Assembly: GCF_006345805.1 (NCBI RefSeq)
Contig: NC_042998.1
Span: 46,004,001-46,068,000 of the forward strand
DNA from: Octopus sinensis
Lineage: Eukaryota
Direction of reading: 5' to 3'
Length of the DNA stretch: 64,000 bases
Made by a program: the position numbers and the translations under genes. The notes beneath the pieces were generated by a model, which was not told the origin of the DNA, ran no database searches, and saw only the letters and a list, made by a program, of their open reading frames with translations. Of this stretch, positions 14,201 through 26,152 are shown piece after piece; position 1 is the first letter of the stretch, and each line of letters opens with the position of its first letter.

Positions 14201-14599
14201 CACATATATATATATGTAGATATATATGCATGTGTCTTTATCTTTGTGTTTCTCTCCCACAATCACTTGACAACTGATGTTAGTTTGTTTATGTCCCCTA
14301 ACTGAAGCCATTTGGCAGAAAGAGACAACAAAATAAGAATCAGATTTTAACAAGTGAGTACTGGGGTCGATTTGTTTGAATAAAACTCCTTCAAGGCTGT
14401 GCCCCAGCATGGCTACACACCAATGACTGAAACAAGTAAATGATAAAGGATATATATAAGTATACAGGTGTGTGTGTGTATATACTTTTGTTTTGTCATC
14501 ACATGATGGTTATAAAATTAGTGTCACTGTCTTACAAGCAATGTTGTTCATTTCCAATCTTCCATGAGAAACATGTTTGGCCATATATATATATATATT

Positions 14600-14890
14600 A
14601 CCAGACTATCAGATGTTGCTACACATCGCTAGTCACAATGTGCTTCGCATTGTTTTAGCCTTCAAATGACGCCACCCTGCTGGCTAAGCGAGCAGGCCGA
14701 CAGAAGAAAGAGTGAGAGAAAGTTGTGGCGAAAGAGTACAGCAGGGATCGCCACGAACCCCTGCCGGAGCCTCGTGGAGCTTTAGGTGTTTTTGCTCAAT
14801 AAACACACACAACGCCCGGTCTGGGAATCGAAACCGCGATCCTACGACCGAGAGTCCGCTGCCCTAACCACTGGGCCATTGCGCTTCCAC
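14600..14890 (-). mobile_element. SINE family B variant with a different 3' tail
   Basis: Head and core match 21512-21814 (gaaagagtgagagaaagttgtggcgaaagag...gtccgctgc.ctaaccact), but the tail is gccttcaaatgacgccaccctgctggc. The left boundary is uncertain. Confidence 0.8.
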
Positions 14891-15240
14891 ACATACACAC
14901 ACACACACTCACGTATATATTCATATGTGTGTGCATGTGTGTTTACTGTCTCCTTACCTTGACTTCGCCTGATAGATGTAAATGAGTGTCACTGTCATGC
15001 AAGCGGTGTCCTTCATTTCCAATCTTCCATGAAAACATTTCTGGCTATGGGAAAATATTACCTTGTCTTGATACAAGTGAGAATTGGTGACAGGAAAGGC
15101 ATCCAACCATAGAAAATCCACCTCAATAAAATTCTCTTTAACCCATGTGAGTATCAAAAAGTGGACATTAAACCAGTGATAATGATGATAAGGATAATGA
15201 GGAGGAGCATGATGAGTAAGAAAGACTATATATTCTATTC

Positions 15241-15637
15241 TCTCTTTTACTTGTTTCAGTCATTTCACTGCGGCCATGCTGGAGCACTGCCTTTAGTCGA
15301 GAAAATTGACACCGGGACTTATTCTTTGTAAGCCCAGTACTTATTCTATCGGTCTCTTTTGCCGAACTGCTAAGTGACGGGGACGTAAACACACCAGCAT
15401 CAGTTGTCAAGCAATGCTAGGGGGACAAACACAGCCACATACATATATGCATACATATATACATACATATATACAACAGGCTTCTTTCAGTTTCCGTCTA
15501 CCAAATCCACTCACAAGGCATTGGTCGGTCCGGGGCTATAGCAGAAGACACTTGCCCAAGATGACACGCAGTGGGACTGAACCCGGAACCATGTGGTTGG
15601 TTAGCAAGCTACTTACCACTCAGCCACTCCTGCGCCT
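15241..15637 (-). mobile_element. Full-length SINE family A
   Basis: Head aggcgcaggagtggctg at 15637 and tail ...caagtaaaagaga at 15241. Confidence 0.9.
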
Positions 15638-15807
15638 GTCCATACTTTCCACATAAAACTGATGCTTAAAAAGTCGAGGAGTGTTAGATACCAGAGCTAA
15701 AGAGATAATTACGCTATTTTATTATAACACTGTAAAATTTTAGTTAGAGAGTTCACTTAACTTAATTCCAATGTCTTTTCAATGAAAATCTTTCTCATCA
15801 TTTCAAG

Positions 15808-16218
15808 GATCACAATTCTACGAAATTATTCCCTTAAAGATTTCGTAGCAAAAATTCAGCTAATGGATTCTTTTGAATGTAAGACTAATTACTTTTGGAA
15901 AACGAACCTGGTTTACTGACAGGTAGTTAAAGTAACAGGTGTATCACATTACAGATCACATATACAATACTGCATGATGAGACACATATGCTAAGATATA
16001 TATACATATATATATTTTCAAGACATTTTCTACGTCACTGTTTCAATGTCTCAATTAATTTTCCTTGTTAGATATAAAATATTTGCTTTGCTAACTCAAT
16101 TTACATTTTACATGTTTTTTTTTGTTTTTTTTCTCTATCTTTGAATGTTTCAGATTCTATGCAAACCTCAATGTCGCTAAATGCTAAAAGTGTTATATCG
16201 AAGAGGCAAAATAACTGA
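15808..16218 (+). CDS. Candidate pair of terminal coding exons of an unidentified upstream gene (15808-15878 and 16154-16218)
   Basis: tttctcatcatttcaag|GATC...GAAT|gtaaga and ttttttctctatctttgaatgtttcag|ATTCT...TGA. The phases join to give ITILRNYSLKDFVAKIQLMDSFEYSMQTSMSLNAKSVISKRQNN*. No homology recognised. Confidence 0.25.
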
Positions 16219-17681
16219 CTTCAATCAACCACAACAGATTCGTTATCGTAATAATGATGACAATAATGATGTATTCTTTTACTTGTTTCAGTCATTTGAC
16301 TGTGGCCATGCTGGGGCACCACCTTGAAAGCTTTTAGTTGAACAAATCGACACCAGGACTTTCTTTATTAAGCCCAGTACTTATTTTATCGCTCTCTTTT
16401 GCTGAACCACTAAGTTACATGGACATAAATACACCAACACTAGTTGTCAAGTGGTAATAGGGGGACAAACACAGACACAAAGACACACACAAGCACACAT
16501 CTTTCAGAGGCGACTCCAGATCATCAGTGTCACTCAAACTTACCTATTTCTTTATTACCCACAAGGGGCTAAACACAGAGGGGACAAACAAGGACAGACA
16601 TAGGTATTAAGTCGATTACATCGACCCCAGTGCGTAACTGGTACTTAATTTAGCTTACCACAGATTTTGTCCCTCAGGCTCATCACAGATTTCACATAAG
16701 ACACATGCCTGCTTGAAGAATTTCATATTTTCTGATTTATTTCTAACCCCAAATGGCTTATTTTTTTATACCTAACACTATGTTTTTCTCCATTTCTAAG
16801 TTAAGGATAAAAATAAAGCAACTCTGCAAAACATGACTAATTTTTACATACAGAGGAACAGAATAACAGCAATTAAATAATGACAGCAGAGCACACAACA
16901 AACATCTGTACTCTTGACAAGCGATGCCAGTTAGTCTTTTGCACCTACCAGGCTTGTTGGTATTAGCCTAAGTTGTTGGATAATTTTTTGTTCCTTTAAG
17001 AATGGAAACTTTTCATAGATTGGAATTTAAATCCTAATCTCTATGGAAATTTACTGTTTCAAGAAAACATTGAATTTGAATTACTTCAAATTTTTACAAT
17101 TATAACTTCTGAGACTGAGTCAGGCACGTGTGAACGATGTTGAGAGAATGTCTGCTATGAAGGATATTTTTTGGCACAGGGCACTTCTAAGATGACTGCC
17201 AGACACTGAATAAAAATAAATGAACTGCAGCCAGGCTCAATAAAAGAAGCCTGAGTTACTGGCTGTAATTACATACCTGAAGCCAGTGTTAGTAGAAATT
17301 AAATCAGCTTGCAAATACATGTTAACTTTACTAAATTTATACTTGGGCTAAGCCTAAACAGCCTGAGTCACCACTGCTATATATATATATATATATTACA
17401 AGGTTATGTTTACCAAATCCATGCACAAGGCTTTGGTCAGCCTAAGGCTTTAGTAGAAGACACTTGTCCAAGTTGTCACAATGGGACTGAACCTGGAACC
17501 ATGTGGTTGGGAAGCAAGCTTCCTATCACACAGCCATGTCTATATACATTGTATTATATTTTTATTTTGAGTCGGTCTCATATCTGAGGCGCATTTAACA
17601 TATATATATATGTGTGTGTGTATATATACTTATATATGAGACTGACTCATATATATATATATATAAGTCATATGTATGTAT

Positions 17682-19187
17682 GCGCAACTATGCCTCCCCT
17701 GGTCTCGATGGAGTTACATACCTGCTTCTCAAACGTGGCAGGCACTTCCTTTTACACCAGCTTTCTATTTTCTTCCAGTACTGTCTCAACAATGGTGCTA
17801 CTCCGGAGCAGTGGAAAACTGCCAGTGTCATTCCTCTGTTCAAAAAGGGCGACCGCACATCACCTGTCAACTATCGCCCAGTCAGTCTCACTAGCTGTAT
17901 TGCAAAACTGATGGAATCGTGTGTCAGAGAAACACTCTGGAACTTCTGGAGCTCTCACAGTCTCATCCGACCCTCACAATATGGATTTGTCCCTAACTCC
18001 AGCTGCAGTGACCAGCTTGTCGAGTTCCTTGAGGACATTACTCAGATTACTGACAGTGGCTCATGGGTGGATGTTGTCTACCTTGACTTTGCTAAGGCTT
18101 TCAACTCTGTGCCACACAAAAGGCTTATGGTGAAACTCTCTGCAATGGGTGTGGGGGATGACCTTTTTAACTGGTTGAAATCCTTCATCCTCAGCCGAAA
18201 GGAGGTAGTCACAGTTCTAGGACAGCACTCTACACCATATGAGATGTCATCGGGTGTACCACAGGGATCTGTCCTTGGTCCCCTCTTGTTTGTGGCATAC
18301 ATTAACGACATAGATGCCAATTTAAAGAATGCCACAGTATTGAAATATGCAGACGACATCAAGCTGTACCTTGAAATCAAGAGGACAGATCCTGATGTCT
18401 ACAACTCTTTCCTGCAATCAGACCTAGACACAATGCAGCAATGGATCACAGACTGGCAACTGAAACTGGCTGTGGACAAGTGTACCACCATGCATTTTGG
18501 GAGAAAAAACCCTGCGTTCACTTACTCCCTCCACAACACTGATATCAAGAAATCCTCTTGCGAGCGTGACCTAGGCATCACTGTCAGCAGTGATTTGCGT
18601 TGGTCAAAGCATATCTCTAAGATTGTCAGGAAGGCCGAGGGTGTCTTGGCATCACTCAGCAGGTCTTTTGTTAGCCGCTCTCCAGCCATCTATTTAAAAC
18701 TGTATACAGCTATGGTACGACCACACTTGGAATTCGCATCATCAGTTTGGAACCCCTATCTTGCACAGAACATTGACCTCCTGGAATCTGTCCAGAGACG
18801 TGCAACCAAACGCATACCCTCCATCAGACACCTACCATATTCTGAGCGCCTTGTTTCCCTGGGCATGGATTCACTGAAGCTCCGGCGTTTGGCGACGGAC
18901 TTGGTAAACACCCACAAAGTTATCAACCACCTCACCAACAACAACACTGAACACCTTTTTGATCTCCATGTGTCTAACACACGTGGACATGCCTACAAAG
19001 TCAGAAAACAATACAGCTCCCATGACTTTCGGAAACATTTTTTCACGCTCAGAGTTGCCTGCGTCAGTTGTTGACTGCCATGACACTGCATCTTTTAAGG
19101 CCCTCATGCTTTCCGAAATCCGCCGAAACTACACCTGATTATATATACACTTTAGATGAGTTGTAGTGCACCTGAGCACTGTACACA

Positions 19188-19219
<32 letters not shown>
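17682..19219 (+). mobile_element. 5'-truncated CR1-clade LINE with an open reverse-transcriptase frame
   Basis: Uninterrupted ~460 codons: SPGLDG, NYRPVSLTS, QYGF, YLDFAKAFNSV, SGVPQGSVLGPLLF, YADDIKL, ERDLG, YTAMVRPHLEFASSVWNP, VQRRATK. Ends in an (ATT)n tail. Confidence 0.95.
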
Positions 19220-19669
19220 CAATCTCAATCTTGTCAACGTCAACTTAAATTCATTAACATCAAAAATAAATAACATCAATTTAACCTTTTATTTATTATT
19301 CCTACTTAACTCTTTTAATATATTATTCCTAAAAATTCCAGCACAGTCACCTTCAGTAATAAAAATCAGCCAGCTGTTGATCAATATATGTATTTATGAA
19401 TGTAAATACATATTGATCAAAACTGGGCAGATTTTGATTATCAAAGATGATTGTGCGGTATGATTTAGGAATGGAAATAATGAATAAAAGGTTAGACTGA
19501 TGTTATTTTTATCTTTGTCTTCTTGCATAAGTATCTAGTATAGTATATAGTTTTACATACATCTAATGTACGACTATATGTATATCTATGGTAATGTGAC
19601 AGTTTTTATTATAGAAAACTTGTAATCCTTTACAAAACCTTTTAATGTTCACATTCTTTTACAATTCTT

Positions 19670-20083
19670 CAACAGACACCTATAAAGTTATTAACCACCT
19701 TATTAACAATAACTCTGAGCACCTTTTCAAACTCCACCTGTCTAACACCCATGGACATGTTTACAAAGTCAGAAAACAGCACAGCTCCCATGACTTTCGG
19801 AAACATTTTTTTCATGCTAAGAGTTGCTGAAGTATGGAACAAACTGCAGGTATCAGTTGTTAGTTGTCGGAGCACTGCATCCTTCAAAACTTCCATGCTT
19901 CCTGAGATTCGCCAACACTACACCTGATTCTCTCCCCTCCATACACACGCAAGCATGTATCTGACTCATATACTGTTCACTTTCCAGACATTTGTACATT
20001 ACTGCATATGCTTTATATGCACTTTTGACAAGTTGTGGTGCACCTGATCACTGTATACAATAATTTCATTATTATTATTATTA
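19670..20083 (+). mobile_element. CR1 3' end fragment, same family as 17682-19219
   Basis: DTYKVINHLINNNSEHLF...RVAEVWNKL, 3' UTR, (ATT)n tail. Confidence 0.9.
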
Positions 20084-20519
20084 TAACTGCTGTCAAAGTC
20101 TACTCATAAAAAAAAAGTTGCTCCATTCTTCAGAGACATCTAAGTTGACGATGATGAAATTAAAGTTGACAATGATAAAATCAAGAGTGACAACATAGTC
20201 ATGACTGAAAGTAATGAAACTGAGGCTGACAATGAATTTGTGGTTGGCATTTATGAGACTGAAGTTGATGACGATTTTGAGGTGGAAACACAGTATATAT
20301 TTCTTTGGTCTAGGCACTTGGTCAAATTTTGTTCAAAGGAATAGAGTTGACTTAATTTGATATGTATTTTAATAAAATACATATTTCATTGATTTTAGAA
20401 AAATGGAACTTGATGAATTGAGCTTGATGGGATTTGAACTTGTAATGCAAAAGAGAAAAGGCAATTTTGTTCAGGTTCTATTGTTCTACTTGATAACACC
20501 AAGCATACTCCTTTATTTA

Positions 20520-20527
20520 GAGAAGAA

Positions 20528-20580
<53 letters not shown>

Positions 20581-20703
20581 GGAAAAAGAAGAAGAAGAAG
20601 AAGAAGAAGAAGAAGAAGAAGAAGAAGAAGAGAAGAAGAAGAAGAAGAAGAAGAAGAAGAAGAAAAGAAGAAGAAGAAGAAGAAGAAGAAGAAGAAGAAG
20701 AAG

Positions 20704-20732
<29 letters not shown>
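20520..20732 (+). repeat. (GAA)n microsatellite, ~210 bp
   Basis: Near-pure GAA/GAG tract. It explains the poly-K/R/E ORFs. Confidence 0.97.
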
Positions 20733-20734
<2 letters not shown>

Positions 20735-20778
20735 TACAGTATAGTCTCAGATTATCTTTCATTGAACAGACCTACAGC

Positions 20779-21066
20779 CAGTGGTGGACAGGGTCTGAAA
20801 ATATTGGTTGTCAGGAGACTAAGGGGACCCACCAGCAACTACAATGCTATCATATAATTTTTTTTTTTGCTAAAAGTATTCTTTTCAACTGTCTACAAAT
20901 GCAGCCAGGCTGAATTAATGCATTCTTCCAGGAGTGAATAAAAAATTCTCAAGCTTGAGGGGATGGGCCCTTTTAGATACTAACACGAGCCCCCATATAT
21001 GGATCCTAATGGCGCAGGAGCCCACTTGCCATTGGGCAAGCGGACAATCTGGACAGTCTGCCACTG
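20779..21066. mobile_element. hAT-like MITE
   Basis: Exact 8-bp TSD cctacagc (20771-78, 21067-74). Imperfect TIR CAGTGGtgGACaG / CAGTGGcaGACtG. Confidence 0.85.
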
Positions 21067-21264
21067 CCTACAGCACATCAATAATGAGATGAATAACTAG
21101 GAGGAGATTTTCAGTTCTAGATGTATTAAATCTATTACTATGCATTCCAATACACAGTGGTTAAATGTTGTGTGCAATGCTACAAGAAGTTTTGAAACTC
21201 AAGTCTTCTTCAAGAACCTTAACATAGTTTCCTCTCCTTCAATGTTGTCCATTTGTCTTATATA

Positions 21265-21500
21265 ATAACGAACTTATTGTATATAGTGCTCAGGTGCAGT
21301 ACAGCTCATCAGAAAAAATAACCAAAACTGCATGAGCAGAATATGCACAGGAAGTGAACAGTGAAAAATGTCTTTAAAAAAAAGAAGAAACGGGGGTGGG
21401 GTGTACCAGGTGCACTATTGGCAAATTTCAAGAAGCAGGGAAGTTTTGAAGGATGCAGTGCCTCAACATCTAATAACTGATGGAAGTAATTTATTTCTTG
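21265..21500 (-). mobile_element. CR1 3' end fragment (older)
   Basis: Reverse complement resembles the CR1 3' UTR (actgttcacttcc...gcacctgagcactatatacaata) and the ORF end (gcactgcatccttcaaaacttcc). Confidence 0.7.
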
Positions 21501-21511
21501 CTTCATCTATG

Positions 21512-21814
21512 TTGTTTGTTCCTTCTCGAGCCATGCCTGTCTCATAAGGCCGGTTTCCCAGTTTCCTTGGCGTATAGGTTCCCCACCTGAATGGGATGCC
21601 GGTCCATCGCAGGTGAGCTGCAAGATGCAGGAGGAAAGAGTGAGAGAAAGTTGTGGCGAAAGAGTCAGCAGAAGTTTCGCCATTACCTTCTGCCAGAGCC
21701 GCGTGGAGCTTAGGTGTTTCGCTCATAAACACACACATCGCCCGGTCTAAGATTCGAACCCGTGATCCCTTGACTACGAGTCCGCTGCTCTAACCACTAG
21801 GCCATGTGCCTCCA
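21512..21814 (-). mobile_element. Full-length SINE family B
   Basis: tRNA-like head with TGGCCTAGTGG and GGTTCGAATC. 15-bp TSD cttgcttcatctatg (21497-21511, 21815-21829). Confidence 0.92.
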
Positions 21815-22616
21815 CTTGCTTCATCTATGGGTTGGGTTGTATCTGCACAATACAGTAAACATCCTCCGATCTGACACCACTGGGCTAAAGGGCAGCTGGA
21901 TAACTGAATTTTCCAAATATTCGATCATCACTTTTTAAACTACTTACAAAACTCATTAAAACTATATTAGTATTGTCATTAATATTCTGAATGAAGTAAA
22001 AATGAGAAAAACAGGAAGAAATAAAAGTATAATTAAAGAATAGGTTTTATTTACCTAATAGAATACAGGTACTGTAAATACAAAAAAAAAAACTACTGCA
22101 CTTTGAGATATAGGAGGAACTTTCTTTCAATGACAATTAATTAATTAACATAAATTAGCACAAATTCTTTTGACTCTAATTGATAACACATTTTCTTTTT
22201 TTTTTTTTTTGGTTGTTGTTGAAGTGGTGCTGATTGCTTGGGAGTTTTAGTAATTTGAATACCAGAGGGAGTTTAAAGTTTATTATAGTATGTTTTCATG
22301 TAACTCAATTTTGTGATATTTCGTAAGTGAACATTTGAGTTGATCCTTTATTCCTAATCTTTACCTAACTCTTCCATAAGAAAACAATGTTACTCTTTCT
22401 CAATACTCCTCCAAATTATAGTTTATATAATAGTGTAATTATTTCACTTACAAATATGCACCTGTGCTTCTGCTATCACAACTAGCTTGAGCCAATGAAG
22501 GGAGTAAGTTACATAGTCACCCATTTTGTTAGAAACAACAGCAGATTTCTCTCTCAAATCAAATCTTACTGTTAAAAAAAGAACAGAAATTGCAAGCACA
22601 TCGTGGATAATGTAGT

Positions 22617-22882
22617 TGTAAGAATTAACACTTCCTTCTCTAAGCCTAGATTCGAAACCGAATCCAAGAATTCTCGGTCGTCCAAACCACGACGAGTAAC
22701 AGGACAAAGAAAATCTTTTTTCGCACCTGTTGATCGTCGTGGTTTGGACGACCGAGAATTCATGGATTCGGTTTCGAATCTAGGCTTAGAGAAGGAAGTA
22801 GTGTAAGATTTAACACTTCCTTCTCTAAGCCTAGATTCAAAACCGAATCTAGGCTTAGAGAAGGAAGTGTTAATTCTTACAT
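22617..22882. repeat. Foldback element (double hairpin), MITE-like
   Basis: 37-bp outer TIR tgtaagaattaacacttccttctctaagcctagattc. Inner hairpin arms 22630-22695 / 22734-22799 (65 of 66 matches). Second hairpin 22811-22874. Flanked by tagt on both sides. Confidence 0.85.
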
Positions 22883-24388
22883 AGTTCTAGGTATAGTATG
22901 TTTGAATAAAATATAAGATGATCAGAGCTGGAATACTTTTGATCTTAAGTTTTGCTTGATTAGAGCTGACCTGAGATGAAACAACCTGCCTCTTCTTGAC
23001 TCAGTCATCTCTTCAATTCATTTGCATCCACTCTATTTTCTAAATTCAGAGTTGCTCTTATTATTCTAGATAGTTGATTACTCACTTATTTAAGTCTTTT
23101 GCTTCTTATGAACAGGTCATTAATTACGTTGCTCCACTGTCCTCAATTCTGGGCTGTGTTTTCTGCTTCTTTTCAGTTAGATCCGTGTTTTTCCAGCATT
23201 CTTTGCTGCACCATATCATATGTTTCTCTGAAGCAAGGCTTGTTTCCGCTTTTGAATAGTCCTCAGTGCTTCTGTAACTTTTCTTTTCTAGGTAGGTGCC
23301 TTGACCCTATACAAACCCCTTTTTACTTCTGGCTAGTGGTGCTCCATATTAATCTGGCTTCTATCCTTTGAGCTGTTCAGCATGAAGGCCCTACTTATGC
23401 TTTCCACTGGTATTGATCTCACAGGAGCACACAAACCATTATACTGCAAGAAGGACTGGACCTTGTGGTGAGGATACTTGATTCCCCTTGACTTATTATG
23501 TAGTTGTATTAAGTACCAGTAATGTACTGCAGGTCGATTCAATTAGCTGTAATTCTTCTATGCAGATTCTGACCAGTTGCTAAACTATAGGTATTATTAT
23601 TATGTAGTAAGTGTTCATGTTAACACATGTAATGCAAAGAGTATTAACAAGTTAACTATAAATAATTACTTGGAGCCAGATTAAACAAACAAAACAATAC
23701 TAGTTAATATTATTTTAATTTATTTTAACAAGTGTGGGAAACAACTTTGGTTGTGTTTCTGACTTATTATTTTTTCATCAGCAAAACACAGACTTCATCA
23801 TAATTGGTAAAGTAGTGGTAAGAGAATCACAAAGTAAATGCACAAGATTACTTGGCCAGTGGTCATAATAGAAAAGCAGAATTGTTTAGATAATAGATAA
23901 TTGGGAGACATCACCTGCAGTGTTGATATATTTAATGCATGTAATGATAAAAAGCTAACTAGAAGTAATTAGTCTGTGAGGAGAAAAAAGCAATATTAAT
24001 CAATGACTAATTTTAATTATTGATGGAAGTCTAATGATATTTGCTCAAGTTGCAATAAATGTTGATGATGATGATGATGGAGAAACAGGAGAGAAAAAGA
24101 AGAGGGTAATAGTAAAGTTAAAAGAAAAATCATCAAACATAGATACTTTATCGTTTTCACAAACCAATGGAAAAGTCTGTATGGTCAACTGACCTAATAG
24201 AAATAACAGATAAATATCTCTCAAATCACACCCCACTATGTTAGGAAAGAACACACTGGATGATATTAGTTCTAGATTCACAGCATATACAAGGTAAAAA
24301 AAAAACTCAAGGGGGTCACAGTTGAAAAGCCTTTTTGATAATTGAACAGAGCTGACCAAAGGTGTGTGCATGTTTGTGTGTGTGTATA

Positions 24389-25680
24389 CAGTGTTCCAAA
24401 AAAGTGTATGTACACACTGAATGATTATAAAGTCAGGAATTATTAAGATACATTTCATTTTCAAAATTTGATAGAATCTACTGACAAATATTGATTTTCT
24501 TATAAACACCTGTTTTCAAACTGATTATTCTGAAAAATGTTAAGCAATGGAATCGGAAATGTTCAGTGTTTGGGTGCCTTCTTGTTCAATGGTCACTCTC
24601 AATTTGTCAATTGTTGATGGTTTGGTACTATAAGCTTTATCTGTTATGAATCCCCATGAAAGATGGTCTAGTGGTTTGATATCTAGTAAATAAGAGAGTA
24701 TTCTACAGAACCTCTTCAACTAATCAACTTGTTTGGCAAAATCTCATCAGGGTAGGCCATTACATTATTATGATAGTGTGAGGTGCCCCATCTGGCTGGA
24801 AATAAAAACTCCACATCTTCAAAGTCCTCTTGAATGCTTAGCATGACAGACTGATATAGTAAGTTCAAGTAAATGGGACCAGTTACACCATCTGTTTTTT
24901 TACTTGCTTCATTCATTAGACTGTGGCCATGCTGGGGTACCACCTTTAAGAATTTTTAGTTTAATGAATTGATCCCAGTCCTTTTTTTAAGGCCTGGTAC
25001 TTTTTCAAACCCTTTGGCTGAACTGCTAAGTTATGGGGATGTAAACACACCAACACCAGTTGTCAAGTGGTGGTGGAAAAGAAACACACACACACACACA
25101 CATAAAATGGGTTTCTTTTAGTTTCCATCTATCAAATCCACTCACAAAGCTTTGATTGGTTATAGTAGAAGACACTTGTCCAAGCTTCTTACCACACAGC
25201 CATGCCTATCACCTCTAAAACAAACAAACAAATTCCAATAAATCCTTTTTATGATAAGCTATAACATAATGTAACTCCTGGTAAATTAACCCGATGTTTC
25301 ACTGAAATATGTGGATTCTCAAGTCCTCATTAGGTGTAATTGCGATGGTTAATTGAGCCATTTAATTTAAACATAGCCTCATCACTCCAAACAATCTTTG
25401 TTGGAAAGTGTGCAACTTCCATTCCCGAAACTCTAAGTTTTGTGAGTGCCAAGTGCCACTCACAAAACTCCACTCTTCTTTCTGGACCATCTTCACTGAG
25501 AGCATGAACAATTTTTGGAATGTAATTTTTCCAGGGACAGTGCTTCAAAATATAATGAACATTTGATTTTGAAATTCCTATCTCACAACTCACTTTGGGC
25601 AAGTGTCTTCTATCATAGGTGAAAATTAGTTGTAGACACATTACTAGTCTCACTGGTAAGGCTTGAACTTGAAACATCAG
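24389..25680 (-). mobile_element. Decayed Tc1/mariner-superfamily transposon (DD37D/maT-like), split by a SINE A fragment at ~24900-25210
   Basis: [46 protein letters not shown]. One TA|cagtgttccaaaaaag end. The subfamily is inferred from motif style, not from a counted DD spacing. Confidence 0.75.
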
Positions 25681-25707
25681 TTAAGTTTCTATTATTACAT
25701 TAACCAT

Positions 25708-26138
25708 AAGGCAGTGAGCTGGCAGAATTGTTAGCGTGCTGGGCAAAATGCTTACCAGTATGTTGCCCATCTTTATGCTCTGAGTTCAAATTCTGCCGAA
25801 GTTGACTTTGGCTTTCATCCTTCGGGGTCAATAAATTAAGTACCAGTGAAACACTGGAGTCAACGTAATCGACTTATCCCCTCCTCCAAATGGCTGCCCT
25901 TGGCAAAATCAGAACCCATTATTACAATAACCATTAAGGCAGTGATATGGTAGAATCAATAAGCACACTAGGCAAAATGCTTAGCAATATTTCGTCTGTC
26001 TTTACTTTTTGAGTTCAAATTCCGATGAGGCCAACTTTACCTTTCATCGTCAATGAAATAAGTTCCAATTGGGGTTGATGTAATCGACTTATGCCCTCCC
26101 CCAAACTTGCTGGCCTTGTGCCAAGATTTGAAACCATT
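25708..26138 (+). mobile_element. Two tandem tRNA-derived SINE family C copies
   Basis: Each has a ggcagtga..TGGCAGAA..GAGTTCAAATTC head and a gactttgcctttcatcc core, as in the copy at 48796-49028. Confidence 0.8.
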
Positions 26139-26152
26139 ATTACATTAACCAT

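Noticed and set aside
16498-16535. Minus-strand CTGATGA...GAAA hammerhead-like spacing
   Set aside because: Weak stem II with three extra bases, no NUH triplet, only 3 bp of stem I.
20403-20762. Poly-K/R/E and poly-F/S/L ORFs
   Set aside because: Translations of (GAA)n.
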